Positions 8,613 to 19,243 of a DNA stretch of 64,000 bases are shown piece after piece. The stretch comes from Candidatus Omnitrophota bacterium (GTDB taxonomy: Bacteria; Omnitrophota; Omnitrophia; Omnitrophales; Aquincolibacteriaceae), in NCBI GenBank assembly GCA_903856085.1, contig CAIOAT010000012.1:39020-103019 (forward strand). Reading direction: 5' to 3'. The notes beneath the pieces were generated by a model, which ran no database searches, was not told where the DNA came from, and saw only the letters and a program-made list of their open reading frames with translations. The stretch's first letter is position 1; each line of letters opens with the position of its first letter. Position numbers and translations under genes: made by a program.

Positions 8613-9982
8613 TTTGCGAGAGGGGTGTCAGTAGCAGGCTTTTCGGACTGGGGCGCCGGGGGAGCCGGTGGGAGTGTGAGGATGAACCTGGAGCCTTTGC
8701 CCGGCTCGCTTTCGACCCAGATCTTTCCGCCATGCATTTCCACGAACTGTTTGCTGATGGCAAGCCCCAACCCTGTCCCTTTGATGCTCTTTGAGGTTGC
8801 GCGCCCTGCCTGCTCATACGGCTGAAAAATTGCTCCCTGATTTTCTAAAGCGATCCCCGGACCTGAGTCTTCGACTGTGATCTTTGCTCCGCCGTCCGGC
8901 TCTTTGACTAAGGCGATATGAATAAAGCCCTTTTTGGTGAACTTTAGCGAGTTCGAGAGGAGATTGTAAAGGACCTGCCGGAGTTTAAGTTCATCGGCTG
9001 TGATCTTGAGAGCTACCGGTTTTTCCGTGAATCCCAGCAGTAGATGCTTGGCGAGGGCCTCTTCATAAAAGACATCAAGCGCCGATTGGATGATCTTCAC
9101 GAGTTCGATCTCATGGAGTGAAAGCTGCATTTTTTTTGACTCAATCTTGGAAAGATCGAGTACGTCATTGATAAGCTCGCGAAGATGCTTTCCGCCGCGC
9201 TCGATACGGGAGAGAAAATCTTTCTGTTTTTCTGTGAGAGGTTCGGTCGGGCTCTCGATTAAGAGTTGGGAAAAACCAAGGATTGAGTTCAGCGGCGCAC
9301 GGATCTCATGGCTCATTCGAGCAAAATAATCAGTCTGCAGATGATAGGCATACTTGACTTTATCACTTGTTTCTCGGAGCTCCCAAAGCAGTTCCTCGAG
9401 GCGATCATCTTTTTTCACGAGAGCCGAAGCCAGGGATCTTATGAAGAATGCGATCAAATAGAAGAAAGCAATGTGCCTGAAGATAATGGCGGTTTCTTGG
9501 ACCGAGGTCAAGTCGGGCCCGAAAGAAACAGTCTGGGGGATGATATTTAAATGTCCGAGAACGATCAGCCCTGCATAAAGGGCCGAAGCGAGTGTGGCCA
9601 TTTGGAGGGTCAGGACGGTCGGTAGATTGAGGGCGCAGTAGACGATCGAGATAAAGAAGCAGGAGGCATAAATGAAAAGATCCACATTGCCCAAAAGATG
9701 CAGGGCCGTTGTTTCTGCCAAAAAGTCGATTACGACCGAAGCGATCAGGGCTTCCATGCCGGATTTTGGATTTTGGTAAAAGGCTTTGTAGGGATGGTTG
9801 ATGAAGACCTCAATGAGGACCACGATATAGAGAGGCCAGAGATTTGAAACCGTGAAATTTCCCCACTTGCAGGTCAGAACATAAAGGGGAATAAGAAAGA
9901 GGATGATGAGGATGCGGAGCTGGTAGAGTTGACAGGCTTTTTGGTAGATCTCTTCGACCGGAGTTTTTCCCGTGATTCTCAT
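8609..9982 (-). CDS. Membrane sensor histidine kinase with PilS-like multi-TM N-terminus
   Basis: H-box MSHEIRAPL, N-box QVLYNLLSNSLKFT, G boxes DSGPGI and GTGLGLAI; about 6 TM segments; alternative start at 9991. Confidence 0.9.
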   Translation of the reverse strand: MRITGKTPVEEIYQKACQLYQLRILIILFLIPLYVLTCKWGNFTVSNLWPLYIVVLIEVFINHPYKAFYQNPKSGMEALIASVVIDFLAETTALHLLGNVDLFIYASCFFISIVYCALNLPTVLTLQMATLASALYAGLIVLGHLNIIPQTVSFGPDLTSVQETAIIFRHIAFFYLIAFFIRSLASALVKKDDRLEELLWELRETSDKVKYAYHLQTDYFARMSHEIRAPLNSILGFSQLLIESPTEPLTEKQKDFLSRIERGGKHLRELINDVLDLSKIESKKMQLSLHEIELVKIIQSALDVFYEEALAKHLLLGFTEKPVALKITADELKLRQVLYNLLSNSLKFTKKGFIHIALVKEPDGGAKITVEDSGPGIALENQGAIFQPYEQAGRATSKSIKGTGLGLAISKQFVEMHGGKIWVESEPGKGSRFILTLPPAPPAPQSEKPATDTPLAN

Positions 9983-10088
9983 GATGTGCATCCTCAGAAG
10001 TTAGGTGTCCCGTCAAACGAGAATGTCCTTATAATAGCCAACTACGCTATAAAAGGAAATCTATTTTCAAAAGAGAGAGAGAGGCTTG

Positions 10089-10117
10089 TTGCGATGCTCT
10101 TGCTGGACTGTTAAAAT
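10089..10117 (+). promoter_or_regulatory. Putative sigma70 promoter of the pilT-like gene
   Basis: TTGCGA-17 nt-TAAAAT with extended TG. Confidence 0.45.
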
Positions 10118-10159
10118 GAGCTATTGTTTTTAAGGGGCATCCTGCATGAAAGGAGATTT

Positions 10160-11269
10160 ATGAGCACGAGCGCTTATTTGAAAGTCTGTCTTGAAAAGGT
10201 CATTGAACAAAGGGGGCAGGACGTTTTTTTTAAGGCCGGGACGCCTCCCCGCATGCGTCTTGGCGGGCAGGTAGTGTCGCTGCCCTTGAAGGCATTTTCC
10301 GCGGAAGAGATCTGCGGGCTTGTTGATGAGCTGCTGGATCCTCGCCAGAAAGAAATACTTCAAAAAAACAAGAGTGTGGATTTTGGATTCTTCTTTCGTG
10401 AAAAGGATTGTCGTTTCCGGGCCAATGCTTTTTTTCAGCAAGGGGATATTTCCCTGGTGTTCCGCTTGCTGTGGGAAGGCATTCCGAGTTTTGATGAGCT
10501 CCGGTTGCCGCCGGTCCTGAAAAGGGTTGCGCTTGAAAAATCCGGGATCATTCTCATCGGGGGAGCGGTCTCTTCCGGGAAGACCACCACGGTGGCGGCC
10601 ATGCTCCGGGCCATGAACGAGAGTGTCCCAAAGCATGTTCTCACAATTGAGGATCCGGTGGAATACCTGCATAAGGACCAGCAATGTCTCATCCAGCAGC
10701 GCGAGATCGGTCGGGATGCAGAAAGTTTCAGTTCGGCTCTGAAGTACATGGTGCGTCAGTCCCCGGATGTGATCGTGATCGGCGAAATGCGTGACGCGGA
10801 ATCTTTCAGTTTTGCGCTTTCGGCGGCCGAGGTCGGAAGGCTTGTGATCTCGACAATTCACGCTCAATCCGCTAGTCAGGTTTTTGATCGGATACTGAGC
10901 TTTTTCAGGCGTGAGAGTGAACGCGAAGTGGTGTTTCGTCACTTTGCGGCGAATATGTCCTGCATTACGATTCAGAAATTGTTAGTGGCTAAGGATGGGA
11001 AGACGTTCGTGCCTGCGGCCGAAGTGCTTTTGGGGAATTACACGATCAAACAGCTGATCCTTGAAAAAAAGATCGACAAGCTTCCGCAAGCGATCCGTAA
11101 TGCTCATGAAGAAGGGATGCAGACGATGGATCATTCGATCCTGGGGCTTTGGAAGGCCGGATTAATCAGCCAGGAGACCGCGATTGCCGCGAGTTCTTCG
11201 CCGGAGGACCTTCAGGCTCTAATGAAAGGTATTCGGATCGGTCAGGACACCAAAATCCTCGGAGACTAG
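10160..11269 (+). CDS. PilT/PilU family type IV pilus ATPase
   Basis: RFRANAF, GAVSSGKTTT, TIEDPVEY, RQSPDVIVIGEMRD, GMQTMD; SD AAGGAG. Confidence 0.9.
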   Translation: MSTSAYLKVCLEKVIEQRGQDVFFKAGTPPRMRLGGQVVSLPLKAFSAEEICGLVDELLDPRQKEILQKNKSVDFGFFFREKDCRFRANAFFQQGDISLVFRLLWEGIPSFDELRLPPVLKRVALEKSGIILIGGAVSSGKTTTVAAMLRAMNESVPKHVLTIEDPVEYLHKDQQCLIQQREIGRDAESFSSALKYMVRQSPDVIVIGEMRDAESFSFALSAAEVGRLVISTIHAQSASQVFDRILSFFRRESEREVVFRHFAANMSCITIQKLLVAKDGKTFVPAAEVLLGNYTIKQLILEKKIDKLPQAIRNAHEEGMQTMDHSILGLWKAGLISQETAIAASSSPEDLQALMKGIRIGQDTKILGD

Positions 11270-11347
11270 GAGAGGGTCGATTCTTCGATAACGTTTCGTT
11301 TGCCAGCCGGAAAGAGAAAATTTTTTATGGGGGGGCTTCTCGAAAGA

Positions 11348-12421
11348 TCAGACGTATTTTTCGCGGTAGATTTTGATCAGCGCGAAGAAGATCGAAAGTA
11401 CCACCGGCGCCAGGAAAATTCCCATTAGACCGTAGAATTTCATCCCACCCATGATCCCGAAGAAAAGAAGAAAATAGGGGAGTTTTGTTTTTTCTCCAAT
11501 GATCGCCGGTTTCATGATGTTATCCAGCAGGCTGATCCCGAAAAAACCCACCACAAAAAGAATGATCGCTTTGCCATACAGCTGCATGATTAAAAGATAA
11601 ACCGCGATTGGAAACCACACACTTGCCGCCCCAAGGATTGGGATGAGCGAAGTCAGAAAGATCAGGAATGTAAAAAAAAGCGGGATCGGGACCCCCAAAG
11701 CCGTGAACAGCATTCCCGCTACGGCTGCCTGTGTGACACTGGTCAGGAGCTGTCCCCGGATCACGGCGACAAAGGTCTCATGGATCTGTGTAAAAAGGGC
11801 CTTCTTGGTTTCTTTCTCGAACGGAGCGATCTCATAAATGAAGTGGTAGATCTTTTCTCCGTGTTTGAAGAAGATGAAAGTGAGGAAGGACATGAAAAAA
11901 ACGTTTAGAAGGACAAAGAAGATGTTCTTGGTGAAGGTTCCCGCTTGAGCCGCAGCTAAATTCCCAAGTGTTTTCGTGGCTCCCAGGAACCAGGAAGAAA
12001 GGCTGTCTTTTACCGTCTGGGATGCGAAGACGTGTGTCTGGATATTCTGGAACCAGGGAAGCCCCCGGACCTGTTCGGCCAGCTGTTCTAGTTTTCCATC
12101 CCGGACATAGCTGTAGGCCCAATGGGAAAATTCGATGACCTGTGTGGTCATGTTGATGATAATGAAGATGAGGGGAGGAACGACGGCGAGGAATACTGCA
12201 ACGGTCATGAGGAGCGCGATGGAATTGTTCCGTCTCGGGAACAATTTGCGCAGTTTCTCATAGAGAGGATAAAATGCGAATGCAAGGATCGCCGCCCAGA
12301 AAATAGCCGTGAAGAACGGCGCGAAGATGTTAAAGACCTCGTAAATAATGAAAGCCAAGACACCGATGAAGAAAAACGAGATAAATTGTTCGCGTTTCAT
12401 GACTTTTGCACTGTTCTCCAT
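11348..12421 (-). CDS. AI-2E family transporter
   Basis: FAFYPLY, IPILGAASVWFP, DNIMKPAIIG, GIFLAP; multi-TM; start may be 12400. Confidence 0.9.
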   Translation of the reverse strand: MENSAKVMKREQFISFFFIGVLAFIIYEVFNIFAPFFTAIFWAAILAFAFYPLYEKLRKLFPRRNNSIALLMTVAVFLAVVPPLIFIIINMTTQVIEFSHWAYSYVRDGKLEQLAEQVRGLPWFQNIQTHVFASQTVKDSLSSWFLGATKTLGNLAAAQAGTFTKNIFFVLLNVFFMSFLTFIFFKHGEKIYHFIYEIAPFEKETKKALFTQIHETFVAVIRGQLLTSVTQAAVAGMLFTALGVPIPLFFTFLIFLTSLIPILGAASVWFPIAVYLLIMQLYGKAIILFVVGFFGISLLDNIMKPAIIGEKTKLPYFLLFFGIMGGMKFYGLMGIFLAPVVLSIFFALIKIYREKYV

Positions 12422-12485
12422 TTGATTTTAAGGGTTCACAAAACTATACCGCATACCCCTAAATTAAAATGTGATGTGGTATTAG
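12408..12485. repeat. 78-bp dispersed repeat, family D copy 1
   Basis: 64/78 ungapped identity to 58244-58321. Confidence 0.8.
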
Positions 12486-12520
12486 TCTAGCGATTTCCAC
12501 TGTTTTGGCAAGCAAGACAC

Positions 12521-13438
12521 TTACTTCTTCAGAAGGTAATTCCGGACGTAATCGATGATGCCTTCGCGCGTTGTGTAGCGGCACCGGAAACCGGTCATGG
12601 CTTCATGATGGCGCATGTCTGCCTGCGTGAAGTTCTGGTAAAAACTGTAGGGATTGTCGAAGTAATCGGGCTTGTGGTTCGTGCCGAGGGCTTCATTGAG
12701 TGCATCCACGATCTCATTGAAGGAGGTCGCTTGCCCGGTTCCAAGGTTCATGACCGTGGATTCCTTGGCTTTGTGGGCCAGGAGCGTGGCCGTGACGACA
12801 TCTTTAACGTAGATATGATCGCGTTTTTGTTCGCCCCATTTGAAAATGCGCGGATGGTGCCCTTCCATCATCTTGAGCGCTAGCTGATAGATCATGCTGG
12901 AGGCATGTCCTTTGTAACATTCCCGGGGGCCGAAGACGTTGAAGAACCGGAGTCCCACTACCTTGATCTTGTCATAATAGGAGGGAGCTAGCTGGTCCAT
13001 GATCCACTTGGAATAACCGTAGATATTGTTCGGGTTGCCGGCGTCGGATTCCTTAATGGGCCGGTCGATCGAGCCGTAAGTTGCGGCGGAAGAGGCATAG
13101 ACTACGGCGGCCTTTTTCTCAACCGCGAGGTCGAGGACATTACGGAAGCCTTCGACATTGTCGTACATCATTTTTTGCTCATCGAGGATAGTCGTGTCCG
13201 TGATGGCGGCCATGTGGTAAATTACGTCAAGCTTTTTGCCCTTGGCCCAGCTCATCCAGGCCTTGTCAGAGCAGTCGTAGGCGAGCAGGTCCCCCTTAAA
13301 GCCGAGGAGGTTCTTGAATGAGGAGCTACGGAAGTCCTCCAGAACCGTGATGCGGGCTTCCGGAAGACGGGCTTGGAGTTCAAGGGCTATGTTCGAGCCG
13401 ATAAAACCGGAACCACCCGTTACGAGGATATGTTTCAT
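12521..13438 (-). CDS. hldD: ADP-L-glycero-D-manno-heptose 6-epimerase
   Basis: TGGSGFIGS, YASSAATYG, YGYSK, GLRFFNVFGPRE, YQNFTQAD. Confidence 0.88.
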   Translation of the reverse strand: MKHILVTGGSGFIGSNIALELQARLPEARITVLEDFRSSSFKNLLGFKGDLLAYDCSDKAWMSWAKGKKLDVIYHMAAITDTTILDEQKMMYDNVEGFRNVLDLAVEKKAAVVYASSAATYGSIDRPIKESDAGNPNNIYGYSKWIMDQLAPSYYDKIKVVGLRFFNVFGPRECYKGHASSMIYQLALKMMEGHHPRIFKWGEQKRDHIYVKDVVTATLLAHKAKESTVMNLGTGQATSFNEIVDALNEALGTNHKPDYFDNPYSFYQNFTQADMRHHEAMTGFRCRYTTREGIIDYVRNYLLKK

Positions 13439-13465
13439 AGGGGGGTTATCATAGCCAAAATCCAC

Positions 13466-13492
13466 GAAAGTTCAAACCTTAAATGCCGACAA
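13466..13492 (+). promoter_or_regulatory. Possible sigma28 (FliA/WhiG)-type promoter
   Basis: GAAAGTTC-N11-GCCGACAA versus consensus TAAAGTTT-N11-GCCGATAA. Confidence 0.4.
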
Positions 13493-13512
13493 TAGAGGGG
13501 GAGAGATTCGTG

Positions 13513-13824
13513 ATGAGAAAACTCAAAAAATCCTTTTACCTTCTGTTTGTCTTTGGCGTGCTTTTCATGCCTTCCTTGGGCTATGCCGAAATGGGTGAGG
13601 ATATTTCCTACGCCGCGCGCGGGGCCGGCAAGATCGTGGGAGGGGTGTTTGCTATTCCGAAAGCTATGCTGCAGGATTCCGGCCGCGTGTTGTTTCCGTT
13701 TGGACTTGTGACGGGAGCCATTCGCGGCACTGTTGAGACTGTGACGGGAGTGGTCGGCGGGGTAGTGGATGTTGCCCGCGGCGGTGCTCCTTACGCCAAA
13801 TATGCCGCGATCGCGGCACTTTAA
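13513..13824 (+). CDS. Small exported/membrane hypothetical protein
   Basis: SD GGGGGAG; signal peptide ending GYA; Gly-rich amphipathic helices. Confidence 0.7.
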   Translation: MRKLKKSFYLLFVFGVLFMPSLGYAEMGEDISYAARGAGKIVGGVFAIPKAMLQDSGRVLFPFGLVTGAIRGTVETVTGVVGGVVDVARGGAPYAKYAAIAAL

Positions 13825-13827
13825 GAA

Positions 13828-14181
13828 TTATTCCTTCCTGAAGATCTTCACACCGGCGCATTGAGCGTTCCTGATTGCTCCCGGCTTTGAGATGCGCAGT
13901 GTCACATTTTTTAATTTGAATTCCTGGAGCAGCATTTGGGCGAGGCGTTCGGCCAGAGTTTCTATTAAATAGAATTGGCTTTGAGAAACGAACGCTAGTG
14001 TGCGTCCGGCAATCTTCTGATAGTTCAGGGCATCTCTAAGGTCATCCCGTCTTGCTGCTATTCGGACAGGGGCCGGGAACTCGAGATCAATCATCACCTT
14101 CTGCTTCTTTTTGCGTTCCCGGGGAAGCGTACCGATGATGCAGCGAATTTCAAGCCCTTGAATAAAGATTTTGTCAGCCAT
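13828..14181 (-). CDS. folB: Dihydroneopterin aldolase
   Basis: DKIFIQGL, CIIG..ER...Q, LNY, LIETLAE, KPGAI. Confidence 0.92.
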   Translation of the reverse strand: MADKIFIQGLEIRCIIGTLPRERKKKQKVMIDLEFPAPVRIAARRDDLRDALNYQKIAGRTLAFVSQSQFYLIETLAERLAQMLLQEFKLKNVTLRISKPGAIRNAQCAGVKIFRKE

Positions 14182-14276
14182 GGGGACAGTGTACCGTTTC
14201 ACGGAGTCATTTTCAACCCGTCCCGTTCCAAAACAACGCTCGACGAGCTGGGGCCTTCTTCGTAAACTATCGCATC

Positions 14277-15329
14277 ATGTTGACTCCCACGACGGTATCC
14301 ATCCAAGTAAAACCTTTATGCCCGCTTTTCGGGACCTGCGGAGGATGTCAATACCAGGACCTCCCATACGAAGAAGAGCTTGCCCGGAAAGAGACTATTC
14401 TTAAAGACTTGATCGTGAAAGAATTAAGTCTCCCAGAAGATATTTTTGAGGCGATCACGCCGTCTCCGGAATCCTATTATTATCGCAACCGACTGGATCT
14501 GACGTTGCGTAAAAGGAATAACGGAGAGCGGCAGATGGGTTTTATGCTGCCAGGGACGCAGAGGCTCCAGGAAGTCACAAATTGTTCCATTGCGCGCAAA
14601 GAGATCAATGATTTCCTGGTCGTCCTGAAGGAAGAGGCGGTGCGTAAACTGCCGGAGGATTATAAGGTTGCGAATCTGGTGGTTCGTGTGGGCGACGAGG
14701 GGAAAGTGTTTTGGGGCGGGATCGGCCGCAGATCGCTGAGAATGGAGGAAAAGGATTATTTTTGGACGATCGTGCATGGACGCAAGATCTTTTATGCGCT
14801 CGACACTTTCTTTCAGGCGAATTTGTCGATCCTGGAAAAGATCGTTTCAAGGATCGAAAGTCTTATCCAGTGGGAGAAGGACACTGTTTTTCTTGATCTT
14901 TATTCCGGCGTCGGGCTTTTCGGGATCGCTCTGGCCGATCGCGCCAAGGAAGTCGTGATGATCGAAGAATGCCGCGATTCGGTGACTCTTGCGCAGTTTA
15001 ATGTCAATTATCACCAGCTGGAAAATATCAAAATGCTCGTGGGAAAAGTCGAGACGTATCTCCCGGCGATTTTGAAGGAACTTGATGGCAAACCTTGTGT
15101 GGCCTTGATTGATCCGCCCCGCGGCGGACTTGCAAGTTCTGCCATTGAAACTTTGGGTGCGGCGAAAAGCCTCGAATCTTTATTTTATCTATCCTGTTCG
15201 CCGGAGTCGCTCGCCCGTGATTTGAAGCATTTGGCGAAAGTCGGCTGGAAGGTCCGGAAGATCATGCCGTTCGATTTTTTCCCGCGGACGCGGCATTTGG
15301 AGGTCTTGATATGGCTCGCGCGTTCATAG
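14277..15329 (+). CDS. TrmA/RlmD-family RNA (uracil-5) methyltransferase lacking a TRAM domain
   Basis: CPLFGTCGGC, YRN, FFQAN, DLYSGVG, DPPRGG, YLSC, DFFPRTRHLE. Confidence 0.9.
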   Translation: MLTPTTVSIQVKPLCPLFGTCGGCQYQDLPYEEELARKETILKDLIVKELSLPEDIFEAITPSPESYYYRNRLDLTLRKRNNGERQMGFMLPGTQRLQEVTNCSIARKEINDFLVVLKEEAVRKLPEDYKVANLVVRVGDEGKVFWGGIGRRSLRMEEKDYFWTIVHGRKIFYALDTFFQANLSILEKIVSRIESLIQWEKDTVFLDLYSGVGLFGIALADRAKEVVMIEECRDSVTLAQFNVNYHQLENIKMLVGKVETYLPAILKELDGKPCVALIDPPRGGLASSAIETLGAAKSLESLFYLSCSPESLARDLKHLAKVGWKVRKIMPFDFFPRTRHLEVLIWLARS

Positions 15330-15904
15330 AAGAGAAGTACGGCTCCATCGTTTTCGAAGAATTATTTGGGAATTCCCATGCTGTTGAGATGGAGATCGGA
15401 TGCGGGAAGGGGAAATTCCTTGTTGCCCGTTCTATTGAGAATCCCGGGACGAATTTCTTAGGGATCGATCGCGTGAGCAAGTTCATGAATATCGGGAAGA
15501 CGCGCGCGCAGAAACGGGCGCTTCCGAACATCCGCTTTCTCCGGGCCGAGGCGCGGGCATTTTTAAACGAAGCAATCGCACCGGAAAGCGTGAGCATTTT
15601 TCATATTTATTTTCCGGATCCTTGGCCCAAACGCCGGCATCAGGTTCGGCGTGTTTTTACAGCGGAGCTTCTTCGGTTGCTTCATGTGCGGCTTGCGCCT
15701 GGAGGGCTTGTCGAAATCGCGACCGATGATAAGGACTATTTTGCCGCCATGAAGAAAACCATAGCGGCGACAGCGGAACTCTGGGAGAATGTGCGCGAAA
15801 CGATGAATGAGAGGATTTTAGACGGAATGAACAAGACCAATTACGAACTCAAATGGGCCGCCCAAGGGCGGTCTCTTTTCTATGCGGAGCTTAAAAAACG
15901 ATGA
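15311..15904 (+). CDS. trmB: tRNA (guanine-N7)-methyltransferase
   Basis: EIGCGKG, FPDPWPKRRH, ATD, TNYE. Confidence 0.93.
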   Translation: MARAFIEEKYGSIVFEELFGNSHAVEMEIGCGKGKFLVARSIENPGTNFLGIDRVSKFMNIGKTRAQKRALPNIRFLRAEARAFLNEAIAPESVSIFHIYFPDPWPKRRHQVRRVFTAELLRLLHVRLAPGGLVEIATDDKDYFAAMKKTIAATAELWENVRETMNERILDGMNKTNYELKWAAQGRSLFYAELKKR

Positions 15905-16638
15905 GAATCGCGCACGCTTTGGCTAGCGCGGGGCTTGGCTCTCGCCGGAAATGCGAGGTTTTTGTCACCAATGGCGCTATTTCCGTCAATGGCGAGGTCG
16001 TGCAGGATTTGGGCCGGCAGGTGGATTTTCAAAACGATACCATCATGTATCGCCAGAAAGTTCTCCAGTTGGCGCCGCATGTTTATTATCTTTTGAACAA
16101 GCCCGAAGGCTATGTTGTGACAGCGCAGGATATGCACGCCAAGAAAACGGTTTTTGATCTTTTGCCGCGACATCTTGTGAACGCGACGCGCCAATCCTCG
16201 ACGAACCGTGTTCGTGTGTTTCCGGTGGGCCGGCTCGACAAGGACACCTCCGGGTTGCTTCTCATGACCAATGACGGAGATCTCGCGAACCGGTTGATTC
16301 ATCCGCGCTTTCACGTTGAGAAATGGTATCAGGTGAAGCTCCATCGCGCCTGGGATGAGAGGGATCGCAACAAGGTGCTTGAGGGTTTTCATTCGTACGA
16401 CGGTTTTCTTAAATTAGAAGAGATCCGGCCGATCTCCCCGAGAATTTTGATGGTGGAATTGCGCGAAGGAAAAAAACGGCAGATCCGGCGCGTGTTCCAA
16501 CGATTCGAGTATGATGTAGTGATGCTCAACCGCTATTCTTTTGGTCCTTTGAAGCTTGGGCATTTGGCCCCCGGGAAGGGACGCTTTCTGACTTCCTTCG
16601 AAGCCCGGGAACTTCGCAAAGCCGTGGATCAGGCATAG
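15901..16638 (+). CDS. RsuA/RluB-family rRNA pseudouridine synthase
   Basis: S4 domain (GLGSRRK), NKPEG, PVGRLDKDTSGLLLMTNDG, EGKKRQIRR. Confidence 0.92.
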   Translation: MRIAHALASAGLGSRRKCEVFVTNGAISVNGEVVQDLGRQVDFQNDTIMYRQKVLQLAPHVYYLLNKPEGYVVTAQDMHAKKTVFDLLPRHLVNATRQSSTNRVRVFPVGRLDKDTSGLLLMTNDGDLANRLIHPRFHVEKWYQVKLHRAWDERDRNKVLEGFHSYDGFLKLEEIRPISPRILMVELREGKKRQIRRVFQRFEYDVVMLNRYSFGPLKLGHLAPGKGRFLTSFEARELRKAVDQA

Positions 16639-16649
16639 CCCTCCCGGGT

Positions 16650-16895
16650 TCATTCCTCGATCGTCTTTTTTCGCGGATGATAGAAAAGACGCTTCTTCGA
16701 ATCCGCATCTTCCATAATAACCACCAAGTGATCGTCCACTGAGAAGGCCGGATGCATCCGAATGGCCTCGGCCTTGACGCCCTTGCCCTTCAAAAAATCC
16801 AGAAGGAACTCTTGCTCCGGTTCTTTTAGGGTGCATTTTATCTCCAGAAAATCGCGCACCATATATTCCCACGTTTGCTTTGTGATGACGCTCAT
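16650..16895 (-). CDS. Small hypothetical protein
   Basis: Strong SD AAGGAGG; 81 aa; fills the gap between genes. Confidence 0.65.
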   Translation of the reverse strand: MSVITKQTWEYMVRDFLEIKCTLKEPEQEFLLDFLKGKGVKAEAIRMHPAFSVDDHLVVIMEDADSKKRLFYHPRKKTIEE

Positions 16896-17078
16896 CGCGA
16901 CACCTCCTTTGATTGTTTTCTTGTTCTTAACCTTAGTGTGTGTTTGAAATCTTTGACAGGGGAGGGGGCCGGAACTTTGTTAAGGCATCTATTATTGATA
17001 GGGGCAGCAGGGATTTTTAGGCGCATCCCGAGGAGGGCTTCTGCCTCGTTCTTTGCGGAAAAAACTTTTAAAATAAAT

Positions 17079-17132
17079 TTGACAGACGAAGCGACATGGG
17101 TTATATTAGTGCCATCACTCTATGGGGTACTA
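17079..17132 (+). promoter_or_regulatory. sigma70 promoter plus inverted repeat (candidate Rrf2 operator)
   Basis: TTGACA-17 nt-TATATT followed by TAGTGCC...GGTACTA (17107-17132) over the expected transcription start. Confidence 0.6.
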
Positions 17133-17136
17133 GACT

Positions 17137-18911
<1,775 letters not shown>

Positions 18912-18917
18912 GATGTG

Positions 18918-19118
18918 ATGACGAACGATATTTCAAAGGGCAAAAAGGGCAGCATCGTTAACGATGCAATCTTGAAGGAGATTGCGGGGGTGCTTGCCTC
19001 GTTGAAATATGGGGACATTGTTATCAAGGTCCATGATTCCAAGATTATCCAGATCGAAAAGACCGAAAAAGTTAGATACGACGGTTTACACAGTGTGGAA
19101 CAAGGGGGTGGCATTTAA
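18918..19118 (+). CDS. YezD / DUF2292 small protein
   Basis: LKYGDIVIKVHDSKIIQIEKTEKVR signature. Confidence 0.88.
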   Translation: MTNDISKGKKGSIVNDAILKEIAGVLASLKYGDIVIKVHDSKIIQIEKTEKVRYDGLHSVEQGGGI

Positions 19119-19142
19119 AACGGGAATAAAATTTTTAATCTA

Positions 19143-19235
19143 CCGGACGACCGGCTGACTCAAATCAAACAATCACTATTTCGCCTTTCCGACCAGACCA
19201 CTGGATGATGGGGCACAAAAGATCGGACAAGGAGA
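19143..19235 (+). promoter_or_regulatory. Candidate cis-regulatory RNA (twin ACNA-loop hairpins plus anti-SD stem)
   Basis: CCGG-ACGA-CCGG and CCAG-ACCA-CTGG are 50 nt apart; CCTTTCCGA can pair with TCGGAcAAGG, covering the SD. Confidence 0.45.
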
Positions 19236-19243
19236 AAATTAAA

